The notes below the pieces were generated by a model. That model saw only the letters and a program-made list of their open reading frames with translations. It made no database searches and was not told where the DNA came from. The position numbers were made by a program, and so were the translations under genes. DNA of 64,000 nt from Paraspadella gotoi. Lineage: Eukaryota; Animalia; Chaetognatha. The stretch covers positions 15,697,918 to 15,761,917 of the forward strand of contig CM119269.1 in assembly GCA_051294375.1 (NCBI GenBank). The letters run 5' to 3'. This document shows positions 24,001 to 34,381 of the stretch, piece by piece. How positions within the stretch are numbered: position 1 is the first letter of the stretch; each line of letters begins with the position of its first letter.

Positions 24001-27000
24001 TGAGGTAGGATGTTTCTGTCTCTTGTGTGCTCTCGGGAGGTTGTTCCCTGGGGTGTTTCGGGGGCGAAAGATGAAAGGAGAGGGGGGCGGGGGTACCGAG
24101 CAGGGGTGTTTATGTAAAAGAAGGAGAAAAGCAATATGAAAGCCCTCATGTATGAAGCTGGGGGGGAAGTGGAAGGGTAATGGTGGAGAAGGGAAGGAGG
24201 AGCTGGGAGAGGGGTGGGCGAGGGGTGGGGGGGGGGTGGGGGAGTGGGGGGGCGGGGTGGGGGGGGGGCGGTAGGGCGGGGGCTGTGAATAACGGACTAA
24301 TTGTGGTGGGGGGGGGGGGTGGGGTGGGAGCACATTTTGGAGACGCATAAAGATTAAAGAGGGAGGGAGGAGTTCGGAATGGTTGTGAGGCAGAGGAGTT
24401 GAGGGGGCGGTGGATAGGGGGCGCAGCGGGGGTTGTCATTATTATGGGGGGGGGGGTGTGCAGGTCTTTTCAATGGCCTGGGGCGTGGACGAGGTGTAGT
24501 GGTTTGAGGAGGATGGGGAGGGGAAGAGGGGGGCGTGTGGTGTGGATGGTGAGGGGGGGGGGGGGAAAGAAAGGGAGGGAGTGCATCCCGGCGAGTGGGG
24601 GGGGGTGGGCCGCGGTGGGGGTAAGGTCTCCCCGGTGTTTGAATGCGGGTGGTGAGAGCTCGAGTGATTGGCAATAGAAGAAACAATGGCCGTCAGCTTG
24701 TCGGGGTGTAAGATTGGTGACCCGGCCAGGGAAAGTAAGGGTTGGGGGTGGAGTGTTACTTGGCGAGAATTAAACGGGGACGGTGGTCTTGGTGATTTGG
24801 GGGGAGCGAGGGAGGAGGGGGGTGCGAGGTGAGGGGGGGGCACCGAGTGTGACGGGGGGGCTGGGGGGGGGCCTATGGAGAGGAGGAAGAACGCAAAAAA
24901 AGGCTCGAGTGCGAGGCTGTCTGTGGCGAGCGGGGACGCTTGCTTGAGGGGGGGCTGGGGCAGGAGCCGGGTCCCTCGGAGAAGGCGTGGGTCCAAGGAG
25001 GCGAGAGAGCGGTCACGTAAATATAGAGTGGGTCAGACAGGAGAGAAGGATGATGGAGGGAAGTCTCCTGGTTGCTTGGGCTGAGGGGGCTGGGGGGTAT
25101 GTGTCGGAAGAGCCGGGGAGGGGGGAATGATGGGTGTAAAAAAATCTCGCGCGGGATGTCCTGAGAGATATAGATGAGATCGTACGTCGTTCGGTGCGGG
25201 GGCCCAATGACTGGAAGGGTGCTGTACTTTTTCGGCGTCGAGAAAAATTCGAACACTAAGGGGAACCAGAGGGGAAAAGAAGAGAGGAGAGAGGAGAGTG
25301 AAATGGGGTGGGGGTTGTGTGGGTGTTGTGTTGGCTTAGGGAAGGCCGGGCGGAGCGACGAGGCGTGCTAGGGAATAGGCTGTGGGTCGAGAGGTGGGGG
25401 CGGGGGGGGAGATGGGGGTGGGGAGAGGTGGTCGGGGGTCGCGCTGTGGGTGGATCTGCGATCCGTCTGCGGGGGACATTGGGTGCGGGGGGGGTGTGTG
25501 GTGGGGGGGGAGGGAGGGGGGTGGGGGGGGTGGGGGGGGGGGGGGGAGGAGGGCGGAAGATGGGTGGCGGGGGCAGGCGGGAAGGAGAATAGAACGGGGA
25601 CTGCGCTGGGAGGGGCGGGTGGGGCGGGGGGGGGGCTCGCGGGCTAGGGTGAGGGAGGGGGGTGCGCGGTGGGGTGTTCTGGGTGGGGTGGGCCGGGTGG
25701 GGCTTGAGGAATCGGTTAGGGTGCGCATCTCGGGCTAGAGGAGGGGCGGAGGGGCAGCTCCGGGGGTATTGGGGTGGAGGGGGAGGGTGGGGGGGCTTGG
25801 GATGGTGGGTGGTGGGGTGGGGGTGGTCGAAGGCGATTTTGACTGGCGGAGCGTCTTGGGCCTTTTGTGGCAGGCAGATGGGTGGTGGGCGGGGTGGGGG
25901 GGTGGGGACGCGTACGGAAAGTGGATATGTGGGTTTTCGGGCGCGAAATAGAAGGGAGCACGTGGATGGGATGTGGGTCGATAAGGAAGCGGGGGGTTGG
26001 GGCGCGCGTGTGGTTGTCGGCGAGCAGGGAAGGGGGGGATGCCGCTTGGCCGGGCTGGGGGGGTGCCGGGTAGAGGTGTGGAGGGGGAATGTCTAGTATT
26101 CAGGCGGGGGATCGTGGGGCGTGGGGGGGGGGGGGGCGGCGGGGACAGGTTGGAAGGAAGCCGTGGCGTGTCGGCTGAGTGGTGGTCGGCGGTTCGGAGG
26201 AGTTGGTAGTCGGAGGGTGCCACGAGAGTGGGCGAGAGGAGTAAAGAAGAACGGGCGGTGGGGGGGAGGTGGTGGGGAGTGAGTAAGATGGGGGTGAGGG
26301 GGGGGGGCGAATATCCCTTGCCACATCCAGAGACAACACCAACCTCTCAAAAATAATTCACAAACATTCTAGAGACTATTAACCAATAGCAGCGAGGAAT
26401 GTTAAAAATATTGTCTAATTTAAAAAAGAGGGTTATTAGCTTGTAATATTATAACTAATTTTTCTCTAAAAGTTTCCTATTTTTTTAGCGCGCGGACACC
26501 TATTAAATTAAGGACTCTCTCACAGCAGGGTTTTTTTATCGCTCAGATTGCGGCTACCTCTTATTAATGAAGTGATATGATATTTTATGATTTTTGATAG
26601 ATAATTGTTGTTAATATGAATGAAGTTTATTAATTATAAAAAAAAATAAAAGTTAAAACAAAAGAAATGACAGGTTCCGTCTCACTTATTTCTCGATTTC
26701 CGTATATTGTAATTCTCTTTCTTTCATTCTCCTTCTTTCCTTATTTCCTCCTCCTCCTCCTCCTCCTCCTTCCTTCATACCGGTCCTCTTCCTCGGCACC
26801 GGTCTTTGTCCTTCTGCGTGAATAGAATTGGCAGCCAAGAAAGACAGTCGGGGAGGACAGACAGTGAATTCGGAAACAGAATTTTTATTCCTTTTCTCTT
26901 TTGTTTTCTTCTTTTTTCGGCCGTTGTGTTCTTTCCTTATTGCTGTCGAATCATATAAAACCCCTGACGCCGCGTCCTCTCGCGAGGGCAGCCGCAGTCC

Positions 27001-27876
27001 GCAAGACGCAGCCCGCCTGCATTTTTCTTCCTTTCAAGTCGGTTTTATTTATCTAAGCCAATATTGTTTGCGTATATATTTTCGTAATATATGAGAGAGA
27101 GAGAGAGAAGAGGAGAGAGGAGAGAGATTCCATCAAAAAATTTTGAAAGAAAAAGATCTTTAAGTCCAGATTTAGTCAATGATGGGTTTTTAATTAGTAT
27201 TATTATTATTGTATTTGAAATAATCAACATAACGCAGCAAGAATCTTTTGAGAAAAAAAATCTAGAAAAAATTCTTTATAATCCCAATGAAAGAAAAAAA
27301 AATGTTTCACCTAATACTTTAATTTTTTTTTTGTTCTTCCTCCTTTTCACTTATAAGAACCACCACCGCCACCCCCTTTTGTCGCACCAGCTCTCACCAC
27401 ATTCATCNNNNNNNNNNNNNNNNNNNNNNNNNAGAGAGAGAGAGAGAGAGACAGAGAGTGAGTGCAAGAAAAAAGAGAGAGATGGGTCTAACGACGTCGT
27501 CGCCATTATCGACTGCAGATGACATTAAGACAACAAACACAGACGATGGGCGAAGTCGGCAGCCGCGCTGGCACCCGCGCAGCCGGCCCCGACGCAGCAG
27601 CGCCGCTCGGATGACTGATGCGATAACCTGGGGTCGGGAAGATCCGCGACCCGCAGGGAAGATTAATAAAAACAATGGATGTTGAAGATAAAGAGAAGAG
27701 GCTAATGAAGAAAAAAGGCGTTTAACAAGCGCGGCAGCAAAAGCGCCACACCACGCCGCCTTCCGTTATTCACTGAGGGGAGTTTTTAGTTACATCCATT
27801 GAGGGCTTTTGTTTGTCCTGGTTTAATTGCACCTCTCTCTCTCTCTCTTCTCTCTCTCTTCTCTCTCTCTCTCTCC

Positions 27877-27910
<34 letters not shown>

Positions 27911-29449
27911 CCGGATTTACCTATTACAGTTAAATATATTATGAAATTGGTACAACCAATATATAAATTATCCATTCATTTAATAAATAAGCTATCTTGC
28001 CCCTATTTATTTATTTATTATTTATTAAGGAAGATGATGATCTCGACTGTAAAAGATTCTGCTTAAGTCTCGAGTCTTGTGGTAACTACAGTAACGACCT
28101 TGTATGGATAATATCCATTGGATATATGTATATATATATATATATATAAATATACACATATAAAACTCAAAAAGGTAGATGGACCAATTGACTGAAAAGC
28201 GTCGAATTGAAAATCTGATACTCCTCCAACAAAAACTTGGGGCCGTTTTTTTTTTCTGATAGTAGTTTTTGCGTATGTTTTTATTCTGTTTTTGTCGTGC
28301 TTTTAATACGTTTCTAGAAGGAGATATTTAAAAGGTTTTCCAAAGGCTACTGACCAAAAAGTCATTGCTCGGACTTATTAGTTTATCAATAATTCTGTCG
28401 GTTCAACTTTTTTTCTGTCGGCTTGTATCTCTGTCAGTGGCGATGAGGATGAGGTTGGACGGCGAGGAAAAGGGAAAAGAGGCGTAAGAAAGAGAAAATT
28501 AAGATGAGAAACAACAACAAAAAAGAACAATAATAGAGGAGAGATGCCAAGTGTTTCAGAGTTTCAGGATATGGAGTATGGATGGCTCCATCTTTCTTAC
28601 AAAATAAGGAAATTTTACTAACAAGAACGAAAAATCGGACAAAAATTGTATTAACCTTGTGTTGTATAGATTGATCCCTCCACATCCAGAAGACAACACC
28701 AACCTCTCAAAAATATTCACAAACATTCTAGAAGTAAATAAAATTTAAAATACACATTACAATGTTAAAAAATATTGTACTAATTTAAAAAAGTTATTAC
28801 TTTAATAAAATTATAACTAAATTTTCTAAAATTTCCTATTTTTTTAGCGAGACCCAGCAAACTTTAAATTAAGGCTCTCTCACAGTCAAGTTTTTTAACT
28901 CTCAGATTGCTTGGCTCCTCTATTAATGAAGTGATATGATATTTTTTACTGTTTCAATTGAATAAAATGATGATTTGTTGTAATATGAATGAAGTTTATT
29001 AAATTAAAAAAAAAAATAAAGTTAAAACAAAAAGAAATGACAGGGTTCCGTCTTCACTTATTTCTCGATTTTCGTATATTGTATTCTCTTCCTTTCATTC
29101 TTTCCTTCCTTTCTTATTTCCTCCTCCTCCTCCTCCTCCTCCTCCTTCTCCGTCCCTCTTCCTCGTCACCTTTTGTCCTTCTCGTGATAGAATGGCAGCC
29201 AAGAAGACAGTCGGGGAGGACAGACAGTGAATTCGGAAACAGATTTTCTTTCCTTTTCTTCCTTTTTTTTCTTCCTTTTTTTCCCTTTTTTCTTTCCTTT
29301 TCTGTCGAATCCATCAAACCCTTGACCCGCATCCCTCTCCGAGGGCAGCCGCAGTCGCAGCCGCAGCCGCCTGCATTTTTCTTCCTTCCAAGTCGCGATT
29401 TTTTTATCTACCAATTTTTTGGGACGAATATATATTTTCGTAATAATAT

Positions 29450-29492
<43 letters not shown>

Positions 29493-29746
29493 CATCAAAA
29501 AAATTTTGAAAAAAAGATCTTTAGTCCAGAATTTAGAATCATATGGGTTTTTATTATATTATTATTTGTATTTGAAATAATTCAAATACGCAGCAAAATC
29601 TTTTGAAAAAAAAATCTATAAAAATTCTTTAATCCCAATTAAAGGAAAAAAAATGTTTCACTATACTTAATTTTTTTTTTGTTCTTCCTCCTTTTCCACT
29701 AACCACCCACCGCCACCCCCTTTGTCCACAGCTCTCACCACATTCA
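20560..29746. repeat. Tandem duplication (20560-21799 + 26313-27407 vs 27433-29746) across a 25-N gap
   Basis: Colinear copies (gatgggtctaacgacgtcgtcgcc ... ctctcaccacattca). The first copy is split by the G-rich block. Confidence 0.85.
21800..26312. other. ~4.5 kb aperiodic, extremely G-skewed low-complexity block; probable long-read base-calling junk
   Basis: Flanks tagattgat|...|atccct..cacatccaga are contiguous in the duplicate copy at ~28670. The block has no repeat unit, TSD or coding signal. Confidence 0.75.
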
Positions 29747-29908
29747 CGTCCCCCTTAAAACTCCCCCCCCACTACCCCTTTCATTCGATCGAGCGAGAGA
29801 GAGAGAGAAGACCGACGGCAGAAGCGCCTATAATCGAACAATCAGCCAGGGGGCGTCGAGACTCTATTTCTAGGGGGGGGGACAAGGGGGACCGATGGAC
29901 TTGGACGT

Positions 29909-29989
<81 letters not shown>

Positions 29990-31144
29990 AACTGGGAAGC
30001 AATAAGTTCATATTAAGATTTGTCCAGTTTTTTTTTTTTTTATCTGAACCAAATAAGGAAAAGTGATGCACCGACGAGGGGAGGAGGAAGGCTCGGCCCA
30101 ACGGGAATCGACTCTTAATTCTGGAGACTCTGGACACTGCAGCGCGGAGCTCTGGACTTGGGTCTTTTGGCTTTAAATTCTTTCGTCAGAACACTAAGGA
30201 CTACGGCCACTATATTTTTAGATTTTTTGCCTCTCAACTCTGGACCCTGTGCTTGGGATTTGGAACAAACAATCTGGGGTCTGAAATTGAAAGTGGACTT
30301 TGAATTTGTGTCTATGAACTCGGAATCTAAAGCTTCTCTCTCTTTCTTAAAGTGGTGAAAAGGTCCTCCGATGACACAGATGACTTTCGTTTTCTCTCAA
30401 ATTTTACTACTTTTATTATAAGATTTTGCAATCTTAATCTATCTGTGTTGTATTTTTTTTTTCATTAAAATCACTTTCACGGTTTTTTTTTCACTGAATC
30501 CCATCGATGTACTTGTTGCTTAGATTTGTTTCGGATCTTCTTTATCACATTTTCACTCTACGATGTTTAAAAGAAAGAAAAATCTTCCCTTTGTGTTTTT
30601 GTGGGATTCATTCTAAAAATCTTCTCAACCTTCTCTTTTTTCTCCTCCTCCTCCTCCTCCTTCTTCTCTCTTTTCCTCTTCCTCCTCCTCCTTTCCCCTT
30701 CCTCCTCCTCAGCTCGACTCCAGTTCCATATCAAGGCCTCACTTCTGGCTCTCCGCGACCTGCACCATAACGACGGAAACTCTCTCTCTCTCTCTGCCAT
30801 TTGTTATCCTCGAAAAATGAGTTTTTTTTCCTTTTCCTCTCTACGCCAATCTCTCTCTCTCTCTCACTCTCGCTCAGAAAGTAAAATCCGGGAAGTCGTC
30901 ATTTGTTTACGTGGAATTCTGTTTTTTATTTTGATTTTTAATAACCTTTTGTTGTCGTTAAAAACAAAAGTGGTTTAAAGTTTTCTCAAGGATTTTTTAT
31001 TATTCATGATCGCGAAAAAAAAAAGGGGGAGAAAAAAAGAAAAACGATTTACCACACGACTTGTTTCGCGCTGAGTTTTTTAACCCTTTCTCATCTCGGG
31101 GCCAAGTAAGTTGCGACAATTTCGTGAAATATTAAGAAGTTGTG

Positions 31145-31185
<41 letters not shown>

Positions 31186-31919
31186 GAGTGAGAGATAGTG
31201 AGAGAGAGTTCGGCCTTCCGGTAGTGTTGTGGGAATCGTGATTTGAATATATTAGCCAAAGTAGTATTTCAAAGCTGGTTGAACGTTGTGACTTCGGTTT
31301 AGCAGCGTAAATTAACAATAAAAACAAATTAAATTGGAATTCAAATTGATTATATTTTATTCAAACAAAACATTTAAGGGAGACTTTAGGGTCATTAGTT
31401 CGTTGCTGTTACTTCTTCAGATACCCTCTTGATAGTTGATACTGTTGCTCCTTTTTTGTGTGTCTGACTGAATTTTCTTTTAAAATAAGATTTATTTTCA
31501 AATTTTAAATCGATTATTCGTTTTTTTCTTCACCTCTCTTACTCACAGTGAACATCACGGCTTCAATCGTCATGTTTCGCATCATTAATCTTTTTTCTCT
31601 TTTGCATTCGTTCTCTCTCTCTCTTCTCTCTTCCTTCCCTTAAATGTGCTTTTTGTGTTTCCTTCTACTTGACCATAAATCATTTGGACTTCCCGCATTC
31701 ATTTTCTCACTTAGTCTAAATCGAATCCAAATTTATTCTACATTTTATATTCTATATATGAAGTCAATTTTTTTAAGATAGAAATACAATTTTCATATAT
31801 TTACTTCCTTTTAATTTTTCATTTCCGTACACAAAAATCAGATTTGGTAAAATTGTTTGAAAACTAAATTTAGACAAATACAAAAGTTATAAAAGAGTGC
31901 TTTTAAAATAAAATACATA

Positions 31920-32117
31920 TGAAGAGACAGTAATTATTGTTATATGTTAGTGACAAGACCGTTCAATATAAGCAGTCCCTGAGCTTCGGATCAGGCTGTA
32001 ACACCGTGTTACAGGCGGGTTAAGCGCCCCGTCCCTCTTAACTGCTAGGAGACCACCGGGCGAGAACCAATGGCCGCTGATGAACGGTTGGTGGATTTTA
32101 GTCCACCATACATAACA
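31920..32117 (-). mobile_element. Solo LTR of the TRIM-like element (43-bp internal deletion)
   Basis: Reverse complement reads TGTTATGTATGGTGGACTAAAATCCACCAACCGTTCATCAGCGGCCATTGGT|TCTCGCCCGG...GTCACTAACATATAACAATAATTACTGTCTCTTCA. No PBS or PPT flanks it. Confidence 0.8.
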
Positions 32118-32238
32118 CATTACATTATAATGTTATAAAAAAGACAATATAATTATCTTTTAATACCAAAAAATTTAAATATCCTAATATTAATTTACAC
32201 AGTCTCGTTTAAAACTTTTGAATAAAGATAGCACAAGC

Positions 32239-33168
32239 TCATTCTGCCTCGTGCCACATGCAAACCGATATTTCACTGGCATTGTGCCTCATTCGAATTC
32301 CTCCATTCCACATCGAAGCATAAATTTTGAATTTTCCCGCGCGATCGACGGATCGAAATAACGAAGTCGTCGCTCACCAACTCCCATCGAGTCACTTAAC
32401 GATTCTCCGTTTCCACTTTTCACTTCACACCCAAAAATAGTAACCACCTTCGCTGCGCGACCAACACACCAACACACCACCCCGCGAGCAAATATCACCC
32501 AATTCACTCATTTCTTAACTCCCCGCCTTTCTCCGTGCGCCACCCCCGCCAACTCGCCCACTCAAATTTTCACCCTCTCTCTCTTCAACCCGCCAACATC
32601 TCGATTTCTACGCCCTACCACCCTCCCACTCTCCACCCCAAAAATCCGGCCGCTTCTCGGTTCCGCCCTTCCAAACCAGATGCGCTGTTAGGGCGCAATA
32701 AATCACGATATGACGCAGTTATTGCGTCTCTGCGGCGATGACCATAAAATAGACGGCGCGCGCCGGTTTCGGGAGAGGGGGCTGGGGAGTTAGTAGAAAA
32801 AACGGAGAGGGGGCGGGATGGGTTGGGGGTGAGCCAGTGGCAGCGGGTAAGATGCGGCGAGGAGGTTCGTTGTTTTTCGGGAAGCGGTATCAGGTCGAGA
32901 ACGGTGGTTAATTCGTAAAAGGAGGTATTATAGGTATAGGTTTTTGGAGCAGCATTTGAGTGATTAGGAGAAAAAACCACCACCAGAGGAGATCGCTGGA
33001 CATTGTGGACAATGTTGCGCGATTGGACGAGGGTAGAATTTTTTGGATTGGGAAGAAATAATTTTTAGTATGGGAATTTCGATAATCGAGCTCGTAAGCG
33101 GGCTCGAGATTGGTTGTCAACGTGGGGATTCAGAAGTAGAGAGCAAGCATTGAGCAAGAATTGAGCAT
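32239..33168 (-). CDS. Candidate intronless secreted protein, broken by indels (also at ~42176-43113 and ~53517-54454)
   Basis: GC-richer island. Stitching frames gives a hydrophobic N-terminus (MLNSCSMLAL..IPTLTT), then NLEPAYELDYRNSHTKIISSQSKNSTLVQSRNIVHNVQRSPLVVVFSPNHSNAAPKTYTYNTSFYELTTVLDLIP.. and a C-terminal RWELVSDDFVISIRRSRGKFKIYASMWNGGIRMRHNASEISVCMWHEAE*. No family recognised. Confidence 0.3.
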
Positions 33169-33449
33169 GATTTTTAATAAAAAAAAATTAGTATTTGATT
33201 GGAAAGATAGATGGTATAATAAACGGCGTCGTCGCGCAAAACAGTGAGATTCTTTAATCATCAGGACACATGAGATCTTTGAGTAGCCTTGGTCACGAGA
33301 TACACAAGGATCGTCATACGTCTCATTTTTAGCCCCGATTTTCGGCGGTCTTTCTCTATATCTTTCCCGCACTAGGTATTTGTATATGTGTAGCTGTTTC
33401 TAGTTACGAACAATAAATATAAAATATAAAATATAAAAGTTTTTATTCA

Positions 33450-33830
33450 CCAAACCCTTAACTCCTAACTTAATCTAGAACCCTAATAACTAATACTAAA
33501 CTAATTCCTACTCTAACCCCTTACCCTAAACCGAAGTTGCTACCCCTAATCCCGAACCTAGTTTCCAACCCTAATACCCAACCGGCAAAATATTACTTTC
33601 ACCAACCGGGGTTTTAGCGTTTTTTAAAAAAATTAAATTTTTATTAAAAAAAAATATTTATTTTAACCTTAAACCTTCTTAACCCTAACCACCCCTAACC
33701 CTTAAAATAAACCTTAAAGCCAGGGCGAAAAGGGGGGACACCTTCACCTCAGGCAAAAAGCCTTGAAGGTGAAAGTAAAATTTAGCCCCTTATTGTATTC
33801 GCTAACCCTAACCTTTAATCTTTAAACCCA
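33450..33830 (+). repeat. Degenerate (TAACCC)-like, telomere-motif-rich tract (also ~43400-43780, ~54740-55120)
   Basis: Scattered aaccct/taaccc/taaccccttaccctaaacc motifs; not a perfect array. Confidence 0.55.
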
Positions 33831-34381
33831 AAAATTAACGTAATTTTAAATTTTGGGTATAATAGGGCGTTCTGGGAAAATAGGAGTGTCCAAGAGATTA
33901 ACTTTTGTTTCTGTTCTGTTTTTTTTTGTTTCTTTATCAACGTTTTGATCAAGTTTGACTTAGCAATAAAAAAAACATTGTTTTTGGTGTATTTTTAAGG
34001 TACATAAAATCACTGTCAAAATTGCTGCTCAGAAGCCAGCAACTCTTCGAAAACAAACTTTACTACTGATACGTTTAAAATCATACAATATAATTATCTA
34101 CAAGTGAAAAAAGACAACGAAATACATATAACAAAAAAGGTACACGCAAGTACCGTAATCGGAAATAAAATTTGATTTAAAAAAAATATATATATATTTT
34201 CGTTGCAAAACTAAAAAAAAAAAAATCAGATATTAACAACGGAACGAAAGCAAAAATACAACGTAGAGTAAAAAACCGCAAATAAAAAGTTATCAATAAA
34301 ATTATTAATTTTCCGAAGAAGTTATAGCAATACAAGTCGACGAAGAACCTTCTCTTGAAAGTTTTATTTCGCCTCACGGAT

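Noticed and set aside
21900-26350. Gly-rich and Pro-rich 'extensin/formin-like' ORFs
   Set aside because: They arise from the G-skewed low-complexity block, which is absent from the duplicate copy.
32070-32112. Hammerhead ribozyme at CTGATGA in the LTR (retrozyme hypothesis); also twister- and HDV-like motifs
   Set aside because: No GAAA follows a stem II and no stem I/III partners were found. The twister-like AGCCCGG..GAGGG lacks the UAA and T2 pairing, and HDV P3 does not form. A non-canonical ribozyme cannot be excluded without Infernal.
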